Below are positions 47,777 to 58,000 of a stretch of DNA of 64,000 bases, piece after piece. Within the stretch, counting starts at the first letter, position 1, and each line of letters opens with the position of its first letter. Source of the DNA: Acidobacteriota bacterium (lineage in GTDB: Bacteria > Acidobacteriota > Vicinamibacteria > Marinacidobacterales > Marinacidobacteraceae); the NCBI GenBank assembly GCA_022826195.1, contig JAJDVI010000076.1:85971-149970 (forward strand), given 5' to 3'. The notes under the pieces are model-generated. The model searched no databases, was not told where the DNA came from, and worked only from the letters and a program-made list of their open reading frames with translations. The position numbers and the translations under genes are program-made.

Positions 47777-49138
47777 GTGTCCCCGCACCTCCTCGTCCTC
47801 GCGGCGTACTCGGGCCTGCTGATTGCGGTCGGCTGGTACGTGTCCCGAAAAGCACGCTCCGCCGAGGGGTTCTTCGTGGCCGGCCGCCGCCTTCCGGCCC
47901 GGCTGATCTTCGCGACCGTGCTGGCCGCGAACATCGGCGCCGGCTCCACCATCGGCGCGGCGGCGCTCGGTTACGAACACGGGCTGGCCGCCTTCTGGTG
48001 GGTCGGAGCGGCGGGTCTCGGAACCCTGCTGCTGGCCTGCTGGCTGGGTCCCCGGATGTGGCGGGTGGCGTCCGAAGCCCGCCTCCGGACGGTGGGCGAT
48101 TTCCTCGAGCTGCGCTACGGCGCGGGGGTGCGGGTCGCCCTCACCGGCCTCCTGCTGGTCGCCACCCTCTTCGTCCTCGCCGCCCAGTTGCTCGCCGCCG
48201 GAGTGCTCATCGAGGGCGCCGCGGGGATTCCGCTGCCGGCGGCGATCCTGGCCGCCGCGGTGGTGATGACCGCGTACTTCGCGGTCGGCGGTCTCCAGAG
48301 CGCGGCTTCGGTCAACTTCGTGCAGCTCGGCGTGCTGCTGGCCGGCCTCGGACTCGCGGTGCCCTACGCGCTGGCCGCCGCCGGAGCGGGCGGGGGCCTC
48401 CGGGGGAGCCTCGGGGAGGACGCGCTGGATGTCTTCGGCAACGCCTCGCTCGCGTTCGGCTACACCGCGTTGCTGATCCCGGCCTTCCTCGTTTCCCCGG
48501 GCATCCTGCAGAAGCTTTTCGGAGCCCGGGACGAGCGCGCCGTCCGGCGCGGTCTCACCGCCGCCGGCATCGCGCTGCTCGCCTTCGCGGCGGTTCCGCC
48601 GCTTCTCGGAGCGGCGGCCGCGGTCCTCCATCCCGGGCTCGCCAACCCCGACGCCGCCCTCCCGGCGCTGCTGATCGACTCGCTTCCCCTGTGGCTCGGG
48701 TGCTTCGGGGTCGCGGCCCTGTTCTCCGCCGAGGTGTCGAGCGCGGACGCGGTGCTGTTCATGCTCTCGACGTCGTTGTCACGCGATGTCTTTCATCGGT
48801 TCCTGCGGCCGGACGCCGACGACCGCGCCGTCCTGCGGGTGGCGCGCGGCGCCGCGGTGGTCTCCGGACTCGCGGGCGTCGTCATCGCGATCCTCGCCCA
48901 GAGCGTGATCGCGTCGCTGACCGTCTTCTATTCGGTGCTGGGGGTTTCGCTCTTCGTGCCGGTGGTCGTCGGCCTTCATCGCGCGCGGCCTCCGGCGCGC
49001 GCCATCCTGAGCGGCGCGGCCGTCGGAGTGCTCGTGTTCGGGCTGGCGCCGGGGGACGGCGTCCTGCCGCCGCCCCTGCTCGGGATCGCGGCGTCGGCCG
49101 TGGTGGTTTTCCTCCACCTGCGGACCGCCCGGCGCTGA
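47777..49138 (+). CDS. Sodium:solute symporter family protein
   Basis: FFVAGRRL, ANIGAGSTIG, GGLQSAASVNFVQ, AEVSSADAVL. Confidence 0.9.
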   Translation: MSPHLLVLAAYSGLLIAVGWYVSRKARSAEGFFVAGRRLPARLIFATVLAANIGAGSTIGAAALGYEHGLAAFWWVGAAGLGTLLLACWLGPRMWRVASEARLRTVGDFLELRYGAGVRVALTGLLLVATLFVLAAQLLAAGVLIEGAAGIPLPAAILAAAVVMTAYFAVGGLQSAASVNFVQLGVLLAGLGLAVPYALAAAGAGGGLRGSLGEDALDVFGNASLAFGYTALLIPAFLVSPGILQKLFGARDERAVRRGLTAAGIALLAFAAVPPLLGAAAAVLHPGLANPDAALPALLIDSLPLWLGCFGVAALFSAEVSSADAVLFMLSTSLSRDVFHRFLRPDADDRAVLRVARGAAVVSGLAGVVIAILAQSVIASLTVFYSVLGVSLFVPVVVGLHRARPPARAILSGAAVGVLVFGLAPGDGVLPPPLLGIAASAVVVFLHLRTARR

Positions 49139-49154
49139 CCGGAGGCGCCGCCGC

Positions 49155-50300
49155 TTGGTTTCCGACGGCTCCGGCCGAAAACCGGAGTCCGCGGACGTGG
49201 TGGTCGTCGGGGCCGGGCTCGCCGGGCTGCAGTGCGCGCGGCTGGTGGCCGAGGCGGGGCTCGGCGTGGTGCTGCTGGACCGGAAGGAGGACGTCGGAGA
49301 GCGGGTGCACACCACCGGGATCTTCGTCCGCAAGTCGCTCGAGGACTTCCCGCTGCCCCCGTCCTGCCTGGGTCCGCCGGTCCGCCGGGCCGTGCTCTAT
49401 TCGCCGGCGCGGCGCGCCCTGTCGCTCGCGAGCCGCCGCGACGAGTTCCGGGTGGGCCGGATGGCGCCGCTCTACCGCGAACTGCTCGGCCGTTGCCTCG
49501 AGTCGGGGGTGCGCTTCGTCTCCGGCGCCCGCTATTGCGGCGCCCGCCGGACCGCGCGGGGACTCGTGGCCGAGGTGGAACGCGAGGGCCGGTCCCTGAG
49601 CCTCGAGACCCGTCTCCTGGTGGGCGCCGACGGCGCGAACTCCCGGGTGGCCTGCGACCTGGGCCTCGACTCCAACACCGAGTGGATCGTGGGTCTGGAG
49701 TCGGTGCACAGCGGGGTGCCGCTCGCGGAGGGGGCGGCGCTTCACTGCTTTCTGGACCCCCGCATCGCGCCCGGATACCTGGCCTGGGTGGTTCAGGACG
49801 GCGAGGAGACCCACGTGGGAGTGGGCGGCTATCCGGACCGGTTCCACCCCCAGACCGCGCTCGCGGAGTTCACCGCCAGTCTCGACGGCCATTTCGCGCT
49901 CGCTGAGGGCCGCCTCCTCGAACAACGCGGCGGCCGGATTCCCGTGAACGGCGTGCTGCGGCGCATCGGCACGGACGCGGGACTGCTCGTCGGCGACGCC
50001 GCCGGCGCGGTCTCGCCGCTCACCGCGGGTGGCTTCGATGCCTGTCTGCGGCTCTCCCGGCAGGCTGCCGCGGTCATCGTGCGGCGCTTCGAGACCGGCG
50101 ACCCGGGGGTGCTGGCGACGTATTCCGGCGCGAACCTGCGGGCCCGTTTCTGGTCCCGCCGCTGGATGCGGGCGCTCCTCGCCGGGGTCCGGAGCCGGGC
50201 GGCGATGGAACTCGTCTGCGGGGCGCTCCGCTTTCCGCCGTTCCGCAACCTGGCGTGGCAGGTCTTCTTCCGGCGGCGGTCCTTTCCCGACGTGGACTGA
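49155..50300 (+). CDS. FAD-dependent oxidoreductase (geranylgeranyl reductase-like)
   Basis: VVVVGAGLAG, LVGADGANS, LVGDAAG..SPLTAGG. Confidence 0.8.
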   Translation: MVSDGSGRKPESADVVVVGAGLAGLQCARLVAEAGLGVVLLDRKEDVGERVHTTGIFVRKSLEDFPLPPSCLGPPVRRAVLYSPARRALSLASRRDEFRVGRMAPLYRELLGRCLESGVRFVSGARYCGARRTARGLVAEVEREGRSLSLETRLLVGADGANSRVACDLGLDSNTEWIVGLESVHSGVPLAEGAALHCFLDPRIAPGYLAWVVQDGEETHVGVGGYPDRFHPQTALAEFTASLDGHFALAEGRLLEQRGGRIPVNGVLRRIGTDAGLLVGDAAGAVSPLTAGGFDACLRLSRQAAAVIVRRFETGDPGVLATYSGANLRARFWSRRWMRALLAGVRSRAAMELVCGALRFPPFRNLAWQVFFRRRSFPDVD

Positions 50301-50314
50301 GGAATGGCGCCCTC

Positions 50315-50367
50315 GGCTTGGAACGCCGGTCTCCAGACCGGCACCGCGGTGCTCCGCACCGCGCACG
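50315..50367 (+). repeat. REP-like element type A
   Basis: Identical to 16116-16168. Confidence 0.85.
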
Positions 50368-50442
50368 ACGCAACCTACCCATTTCCGGACGGCGCGCCGC
50401 CGGTCCCCACGCCTCGCCGCCGCGGGCCATAATCCGCGCGCC

Positions 50443-51231
50443 GTGAACACCACCTCCCCCTTCTCGCTCGCCGGGATGGACGTCGTCGTGATCGGCGGCG
50501 CCTCCGGGATCGGTGAAGCGAGCGCCGTGCTGGCAGCCGGCTCCGGCGCCCGGATTGTCGTCGCCGACCGGGACGAAGCCGCCGCGGCGCGATTGGTCAA
50601 CTCCATCGCCTTGGAGGGAGGGACCGCCGTCGCCCGTCCGGTGGACATCCGCTCCGGGGAATCGGTCGAGACCCTGTTCCTGGGCCTCGAGTCGGAGGGA
50701 TTCCAGCCGCGGGGACTCGTCTCCACTCCGGGCGTGAATGTCCGGAAGCGCCTCGCCGACACGAACGAGGAAGAGTTCGAGCGCGTCGTCTCGCTGAACC
50801 TGAAGGGGACTTTCCACGCCCTCCGCCACGGGGCGGCCAGTCTCGCGCGTTCCGGCGGCGGCAGCGTCGTGCTGCTTTCCTCGATCCGCTCCCAGGTGGT
50901 GGAGGCGGGGCAGGGGGTGTATGCGGCCACCAAGGCGGGCATCGTGCAGCTCGCCCGCACCGCGGCGGCTGAGTGGGCCGCTTCGGGGGTCCGGGTCAAC
51001 GCCCTCGCCCCGGGAGTGGTCGAGACCCCGCTGACCGCGCAGATCGAGAAGCGGCCCGACTGGAAGCAGGCGTACACCGACAAGACCCTGCTCGGGCGCT
51101 GGGCGACCGCGGAAGAGATGGCCGCGCCGACGGTGTTCCTCCTGTCGCCGGCGGCGAGCTACGTCACCGGTTCGGTGCTCTTCGCAGACGGCGGGTGGAC
51201 GGCGGTGGACGGACGGTTCGATCCGCTCTGA
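50443..51231 (+). CDS. Short-chain dehydrogenase/reductase
   Basis: IGGASGIG, YAATK, VRVNALAPG, YVTGSVLFADGG. Confidence 0.9.
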   Translation: MNTTSPFSLAGMDVVVIGGASGIGEASAVLAAGSGARIVVADRDEAAAARLVNSIALEGGTAVARPVDIRSGESVETLFLGLESEGFQPRGLVSTPGVNVRKRLADTNEEEFERVVSLNLKGTFHALRHGAASLARSGGGSVVLLSSIRSQVVEAGQGVYAATKAGIVQLARTAAAEWAASGVRVNALAPGVVETPLTAQIEKRPDWKQAYTDKTLLGRWATAEEMAAPTVFLLSPAASYVTGSVLFADGGWTAVDGRFDPL

Positions 51232-51428
51232 GGGTCGGCGTTCCCCGGCCGTTGCCGTCGCGAGGCTCGGTGGGCTGCACCGTGCGCGGCGCGGAGCGCC
51301 GCGGTGCCGGTCTACGGCGGTGGACGGACGGTTCGATCCGCTCTGAGGGTCGGCGTTCCCCGGCCGTTGCCGTCGCGAGGCTCGGTGGGCTTCACCGTGC
51401 GCGGCGCGGAGCGCCGCGGTGCCGGTCT
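51199..51428 (+). repeat. 115-bp direct tandem duplication (51199-51313 / 51314-51428)
   Basis: Two copies differing by one base (CTGCAC vs CTTCAC); include last 33 nt of SDR gene and left arm of a REP. Confidence 0.9.
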
Positions 51429-51532
51429 GGAGACCGGCGTTCCAAGCCGTGGGCGACATGTGGAGGGATGAGCGGTACGCGGTTCCGCTGCGCTTCCGCG
51501 GAGCGGGTGCCGGCCTGAAGACCGGCGTTCCC
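51396..51532 (-). repeat. REP-like elements (51396-51448 full; 51508-51532 variant)
   Basis: Reverse complement of type A element and GCCGGCCTGAAGACCGGCGTTCCC. Confidence 0.8.
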
Positions 51533-51533
51533 T

Positions 51534-54500
51534 TTACACGTAGAGCAGGACGCCCCTGGCGGGTTGGCCGGTGGCGCGCTCCACCGCCCGGGCGTAGAGA
51601 GCGACCTGCCGGCGGTAGCGGGCCTGGCTGGCCTGGAACCCGGGGTCCTCGGGTGGCCGGGAGTCCGTCTTGAAGTCGAGGACCGTCCACGCGCCGCTGG
51701 CGTCCGGTTGGAAAACCAGATCGGCGACTCCCTCCACCAGGGTCGGGCCGGATCCGCCGGGAACGGCGGCGTCTTCGGGGTCGGCGAAGGACTCGACCTC
51801 CAGCGTCGACGCGGTATCCGGCTCTGGGTGCAGTGCGGTTTCGCGGCCCGGAGGGCCGCGGTGCCGGTCTGGAGACCGGCGTTCCAAGCCGTCGGCCGGC
51901 TCCAGGTGGAGGAGGGGCAGCTCCCGGTAGCACACGCCCTGTTCTGCGGCTTTGCGCGCCTCGGTCAGGAGCGGGTGCCCGAGTGCGGCGGTCACCGCCT
52001 TCGCCGCGGCGGGGCCGAGCTCGTCCTCGAGCTCCAGTTCGCGGACGGCGCGGGCGGTTTCCGTTTCGACCTCCGCCTCTTCGGCGTCGAGAGGAATCTG
52101 CTCGAGAACCCGGTGGACCAGCTCCCCGAACGCCGCCCCGGCAGGGCGCTCCGCGTCCCGCGGCAGTCCTTCGGCATCCGGTCTCTCGACGTCCACCTCG
52201 AGGAGGTCCACCGGGTCGCCGGAGGATTCCAGCGCGGCGAACGTCGTGGCCGGCATTGCCCGGCGGGTCGGGACCCGCCCGGCATCGATGGCTCCCCGCC
52301 GCCGGGCGAGGAAGGCGGCTTCGGCCGCCTTCCCGTCGCCGAGCGCGCCGCCGGCTGCATCCGCCCTGAGCAGGTCCCATAGCGGTGCGGTTCCCCGCCG
52401 CCCCCCCGCTCCGCCCGACCGCCCCGACTCGCGGGTCCGGGGGGTGACGGCGCCGCGTCGCAGCAGCGGTCTGAGGCCCGCCGCAACCGGGGCGAGCAGG
52501 CTTTCCTCGGGGGAATCTCCCTCGGACACCGGCGCCGCCAGCAGATCCCGGGCCCGCGTCATCGCGACGTACAGGAGCCGGTCGAGCTCCGCGAGGTCCT
52601 CCGCCTCCTCGGCCGGGGTCCCCTCGATGAGGTCCCAGGGAACGATGCCGGCGCCCAGATCGCACGCGTGGAGCCGCTCCGCCGCGTTCACGATGCGGCC
52701 CGCCCGTCCGCGCCGGGGCGCGGCCCCGTCGCAGAGGACAACCACCGGGAACTCGAGTCCCTTGGCGGAATGGGTGGTCATGATCCGCACGCCGCGCACG
52801 TCCTCGTCGATGGCGTGCGCCGATCCCGCGTCCGGGTTTTCCGCTTCCGACGCCAGTTGCTCCACGAACCCGCGGAAGGAAAGGCCTCCGCGCGCCTCGA
52901 AGGCGCGCGCCGCCTCGCCGAGCCGGCGGAGGTTCGAGAGCACCTGGTCCGGGGAGTTCCAGAACGCGAATCCGGTCTCCGCGCGGTGCCTTCCGACAAG
53001 CTGCTGGAGCGTTACCGCGATCGGCTGGTGGGTACGGCGGCGGTGGAGGTCGTAGAGGAAGGCGAGCCCGTCCCGGATCGGCCGGTCCACCGCCCGGGCT
53101 CCGCTGGCGTCGTCGCCGTCCAGCTCGAGGGACCGGGCTCGGGCGGGCCTCAGCCGGATCTCCGGATGCCGTTCCCGGAAGAGGAAGAGGTCCTGGTCCG
53201 GGATCGCGAACAACGGACCTCGGAGGGTCGCGTAGACGCTCAGTTCGTCCTCGGGAAACTCGACGGCGGTGAGGGCCGCCCGCAGGAACGACAACTCCGC
53301 GCTGCTGATGTAGGTCTGCACCGCCGCCAGCGAGTGCGGGATGCCGAGGTCCTGAAGGGCATCGGCGTAGGGTTGGGGCACGAGCCGCCCGTAGTTCCGG
53401 AAACGCCGGAAGAGCAGGCAGATGTCGCTCGGTTCCACCCGCCGCGAGGGACGCCCGTCCGCCGCCGATACCTCGAAGCCGCTGTCGAGAAGCCCGCGGA
53501 CGAACTCCGCGACCGCCTGGGGCTCGTGCTCCTCGAAATGCCGCAGGTAGGGGGTGTGCGGCAGCGGGATGGCGGCGAGCGCTGGTCCCTCGGCCGGCTC
53601 CCGGAACGCGTGGAGCGGCACGTAGTCCACCTGCCGCGCGAGGCCTCCCAACCCCGGGCCCGCTTCGAACGCCGGTTCGAGGACCTGGTTCACGAAGTCG
53701 CAGATGGCGGGAACCGAACGGAAGTTCGTGGTCAGCCGAACCTCGGCGGCGCCGCCGGCGAGCAGGCGCTTCTTGACGCGCAGGTAGTGGCCCACGTCGG
53801 CGCGCCGGAATCGGTAGATGGACTGCTTGGGATCCCCGACCAGGCAGAGCCGCCCGGGGCTCGGGACGGCCTCGCCCCAGTCGCCGTCCGGCGGTTCCTC
53901 GGCGGTCAGCAGCAGGACGATCTCCGTCTGCATCGGGTCGGTGTCCTGGTATTCGTCCACCACGAGGTGGCGGAATCGCCCGGCGAGTTCCCGGCGGACC
54001 TCCGGGTGGTCCCGCAGCAGGCTGCGCGTCCGCAGCAGCAGGTCGTCGAAGTCGAGCCGGCCCGCTTTCGCCTTTGCGCTCTCGTAGTCGCCTACCAACC
54101 CGCGCAGGTCCTCCCGCAGGAGGGCGGCGAGGTCCGCATTGCTCTGCCGCTGGAACGCGGCGAGCCGGGTCCGGAAGGCGTCTCGCCACTTGCGGGTATG
54201 GGGGAAGCCGGACGGCGTGCGCCCGCCATAGGCCGGGACCCGGAGCTCCGCGAGCGCCTGCTCGAGCCAATCCAGATCTCGTCCGGAGCCGGCTTCCCGC
54301 GCCCGGACCTCCCGGGCGAGATCCGCGGCGGCGGCGAGGGATCGGATCAGCCAGTTGGGCCTCGCCCCCGGCCGGTCCTTAGGGAGGGACCGGTAGAGCT
54401 CCTCGAGCATGAAGAGCGAAGGGACCGGTTCACCCTCCTCGCCGCCGGGTTGTTCCACCAGTTCCACGATCGCGGTCTCCGCATCCCAGGCGCGCCGTTT

Positions 54501-55088
54501 CCAGGGTGCGTCGAGGGACCGGTAGTCGAGGAGCCGCAGGCCGGCCTGGTGGAGGACGTCGAGCGGGCTCACCATCGGGTTCCGGCTGCGGCGCAGCAGG
54601 CGGCCGATACCCGGTCCCGGGTCCTCGAGCTGCCGGTCGACGAAACGGCGGAAGACCCGGTCGAAGAAGGCCCGCTGCTCGGCGTCCGTCAGGATCCGGA
54701 AGTCGGGGTCCACCCCGGCCTCGATGGGGCGCTCTCGCAGGATGGTGGCGCAAAAGGCATGGATGGTCCCGATGGACGCCTCCTCGATCTGGGAGAGCGC
54801 CGCTTCGAGGCGCGGCCCCGCCGCCACCCCCTCCGGGCCGGCCGCCGCGCCGTCGATCCGGGACTCGAGGCCCTGGCGGATTCTGAGCCGCAGTTCACCG
54901 GCGGCTTTCTCCGTGAAGGTGATCGCCGCGATCTGTCCGATCCTGGCGGTGCCCGCGGCCACCATCTCGACCACCCGGTCCACAACCGACGTGGTCTTTC
55001 CGGTGCCGGCCGCCGCCTCCACGATCAGCGTGGTGTCGTGGTCCCGTCGGATGCGGTCCCGGGCCGCGGCGTCCGGAAGGGCGCTCAC
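51534..55088 (-). CDS. addA: AddA/RecB-like UvrD helicase-nuclease
   Basis: AAAGTGKTT, ITFTEKAA, DEYQDT, GDPKQSIYRFR, HSAKGLEF, YVAMTRA, EG.ADL...DFKT; GTGA overlap with addB. Confidence 0.9.
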   Translation of the reverse strand: MSALPDAAARDRIRRDHDTTLIVEAAAGTGKTTSVVDRVVEMVAAGTARIGQIAAITFTEKAAGELRLRIRQGLESRIDGAAAGPEGVAAGPRLEAALSQIEEASIGTIHAFCATILRERPIEAGVDPDFRILTDAEQRAFFDRVFRRFVDRQLEDPGPGIGRLLRRSRNPMVSPLDVLHQAGLRLLDYRSLDAPWKRRAWDAETAIVELVEQPGGEEGEPVPSLFMLEELYRSLPKDRPGARPNWLIRSLAAAADLAREVRAREAGSGRDLDWLEQALAELRVPAYGGRTPSGFPHTRKWRDAFRTRLAAFQRQSNADLAALLREDLRGLVGDYESAKAKAGRLDFDDLLLRTRSLLRDHPEVRRELAGRFRHLVVDEYQDTDPMQTEIVLLLTAEEPPDGDWGEAVPSPGRLCLVGDPKQSIYRFRRADVGHYLRVKKRLLAGGAAEVRLTTNFRSVPAICDFVNQVLEPAFEAGPGLGGLARQVDYVPLHAFREPAEGPALAAIPLPHTPYLRHFEEHEPQAVAEFVRGLLDSGFEVSAADGRPSRRVEPSDICLLFRRFRNYGRLVPQPYADALQDLGIPHSLAAVQTYISSAELSFLRAALTAVEFPEDELSVYATLRGPLFAIPDQDLFLFRERHPEIRLRPARARSLELDGDDASGARAVDRPIRDGLAFLYDLHRRRTHQPIAVTLQQLVGRHRAETGFAFWNSPDQVLSNLRRLGEAARAFEARGGLSFRGFVEQLASEAENPDAGSAHAIDEDVRGVRIMTTHSAKGLEFPVVVLCDGAAPRRGRAGRIVNAAERLHACDLGAGIVPWDLIEGTPAEEAEDLAELDRLLYVAMTRARDLLAAPVSEGDSPEESLLAPVAAGLRPLLRRGAVTPRTRESGRSGGAGGRRGTAPLWDLLRADAAGGALGDGKAAEAAFLARRRGAIDAGRVPTRRAMPATTFAALESSGDPVDLLEVDVERPDAEGLPRDAERPAGAAFGELVHRVLEQIPLDAEEAEVETETARAVRELELEDELGPAAAKAVTAALGHPLLTEARKAAEQGVCYRELPLLHLEPADGLERRSPDRHRGPPGRETALHPEPDTASTLEVESFADPEDAAVPGGSGPTLVEGVADLVFQPDASGAWTVLDFKTDSRPPEDPGFQASQARYRRQVALYARAVERATGQPARGVLLYV
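51856..51890 (-). repeat. REP-like element inside addA CDS, in frame
   Basis: 35 nt identical to start of the intergenic REP; encodes GLERRSPDRHRG. Confidence 0.85.
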
Positions 55089-58000
55089 GGGAGGCTCCGG
55101 ACTCCGACGACGTCGTCGAGGGCGGCGGCGAACCCGGCCCGGGCCTTGGTTCGCGCGTATCCCGCGGGCCGCGGTCCGCAGACCGGGAGGTAGTCGCAGT
55201 AGTCGCACACCCGGTAGGTGACTCCGGGGTTGGGCAGGGCCGGGAAACGCCCGTCCTGGACCGCCCGGTCGAGTCCGCCGACGAACGACTCGAAGACCGT
55301 CCGCGAGTGCTCGCTCGCGGCGTCCACCACGGTCTCCAGGTAGGCGCCGCGGATGGTCGCGTAGTAGAGCCTGCCCGTGGCCGCGGGCGATCCGGACAGC
55401 GCCTCGTAGGCCAGGGCGTAGAGGAGCGGCTGGAGAGCCCGGCCCCCGAACAGGATTCTCTGGGTGTCGGTGGTCTCGATCGAGGCGCGTCCGGTCTTGT
55501 AGTCCGTGATCTGCACGGTTCCGTCGGGGAGCCGCTCCACCACGTCGATGGACCCGTGGAGCCGGAGTCCGCCGGGAAGTACCGCCGCCTCGGTCCGGCT
55601 GGCCGGGTCGGCGGGTTGTCTCGCCCCCATGCCGAAGGTGAGCTCGTTCGCGAGCGGGACGCGGCCGGTTTCCGCGTACCGCTGCAGGAAACCGCGCAGG
55701 TCGCCGAGCAGCCCGTCCATCTGGTCTCGCCAGATGCGCTCGATCGCCGGCGCGACCCGCTCGCGTACTTCGGCTTCCACCCGCTGGAAGATCTCCGCCA
55801 GCAGCTCGAACGCCTCGTCGAGCCGTTCTTCCCGAAGCGGGGCCAGCTCGCGCTTCCGGAATTCCCGCCCCAGGTGGAAGAACACGTCGTGCAGGAGGGA
55901 CCCGCGGGTGAGCGGGTCCAGGTGGACCAGCGCCTCGGGACGTTCGACCGGCCGCAGCCGGACGAGGTTCTTGAGAAAGAACTGATACGGGCAGGCGGCG
56001 AACGCCTCGAGGCCGGTCGCCGAGAAGGAGCGGTTTCCGGGGCGGTGCCGTTCGAGCGCCTCCAGCGCGGCCGGGTTCGGGTTCAGGAAGCCGTCGGGAG
56101 ACTGCCACTTCCACTGCTGCCGCATGTACTCCTGGCGAAGCGCCCGCGCCAGAGCCGGATCGGACAGCAGATACGCTGCCGTCCCGGGGTCCCCCGCGCG
56201 GGCCCCCGGCCTTCCGAGCGCCGCCGCGACCTGGGCGAGATCGAACTCGCGCCGGTCGATCGCGAGCGACGCGTCGCGGGGCGCGCGAATCCCGCGAACC
56301 ACCTTGCTCTCCCGGCCCGCCTGGGCACGGATTTCGGCGAGCGTCGGAATCTTGCCGAGACCCGCCCGGAACGCTTCCGCCAGGTAGTACGACGGCACCT
56401 GGGGACGGCCCTCGACGAGATTCAGCGAGGAATAGCTGAGCGTGAGTCTGCGGGTGGCCGCGCCGATTCCGATCCGCAGCCGCAGGCGTTCGCGCTCGGC
56501 CAGATCGGAACGCACCGGCAGGTCGGAAGAGAGCGCCGCGCGCTCCCGGTCGAGGAGCATCGGATCTTCGCGGAGCACGCGGGGGAACGCCCGTTCGGAG
56601 AGTCCCGGGACCGCCACCACTTCGAAGGCGAGCCCGCGCGCGGCGTCGATGGGCCCCACCCAGACCCGGCCGTAGCGGCTGCCCCGGGAGCGGGTGACCA
56701 CCTCGGCGAGCCGCCCGGCGAGGCTCTCCCGCACTTCGTCGAGGGTGACTTCACTCACGTCCCGCATCGGGTCCGTCTCCGCCAGGCAGTCGATCACTCC
56801 CTGGGGATGGAGGAGCGCGGCGCGGGCCAGTCCCTCGAGGTGACGCATCCACTCGGAATAGCTCGCGTGCGGGGAAGGGAGGGCCGCCAGCCGGCGGAGG
56901 ATGGGCAGGGCGGTCTCGGTCAGTCGCCGGAGGTCGCGCTGGCGCGACCGGAGGTGCTCCCGCCTCGCCTCATCCTCCTCGGCCTCTTCATCCTGCCGCA
57001 GCCGGTCCGCGAAGCGGGCGAGGCGCCTCTCCCAGCGGTCGAGACCCCCGATGACCTCGGAGTCCAGGATGAGCCGCTCCCACCGGCGCGGCGCCACGAA
57101 ACCCGGGACCTCCAGCGCCGCTTCTCCCTCGGCGCCGGCCCCGGGCAGCCCCGCCCGGGCGGACGGAGTCTCGCCGAGCGAGAGGTATTCCGCGAACCGC
57201 GTCGCGGAGAGCCCTTCCCGGGCGCAGTCCAGGAGGACGAGAAAGGCGCGCCCGGCCGGGTGTGGCCGCCGGGCGCCGGCATCGAAGAAGGCCGGGATCC
57301 CGGCGCGCTCGAAGGCTTCCTGAAACGCCGAAGCCTGGGCGGCAGGCTCGGGGAGGAGGACGGCCATCCGGTCGAAGCGAACGCCTTCGCCCGCCTCGGC
57401 GAGAAACGCGCGGGCGTGCTCGATCGCCTCCGCGGCGGTTCCGGGCGCCGCGATCACGCTGAGCCCGTGGCGCTCCCGGTCGGGGTCGGGCCGCCGGGTG
57501 GCGAACAGATGGCGTTGTGCGGAAGCCACCGCGTCGTCGGGCGGCGCGTCCTCCGAGCCCCCTGCGGTCGCCGGGAGTGGCTCGGCTCCAAGCGCGAGCG
57601 CGGCCTGCTCGGTGGCGGTGTCCCCCTCCGGCAGCGTCAGGAATACCTCGGGGGCGGCTCCGCTCAGGGCGCCGGCGAAACGGCGCGCCGCCGCGCCCCA
57701 GAGCGCAACGTCCAGCAGGAGGAGGGGAAGCCCTGCCGGAGGAACGGCGCCGCGCTCGATCCGCCGGGTGGCGGCGGCGAACGTCTCCGCCCGATCGGCG
57801 AGGCCCACCTCGGTCAGTGTCTCGAGGTACGCGTGGTAGAGCGCCCCGAGGCAGTCGTCCCGGCCGGCTACCCGCTCGGCGCCGACGCCCGCCAGGCGCA
57901 GTTCGTCGAACGTGGCGGCGAGCCGGACGGCGAGCCCCGGACCCTCGGCGGCTTCGCGGAAGCGTCCGAGCGCTCCCTGCCGGCGCGCCCGGTGGATGAC

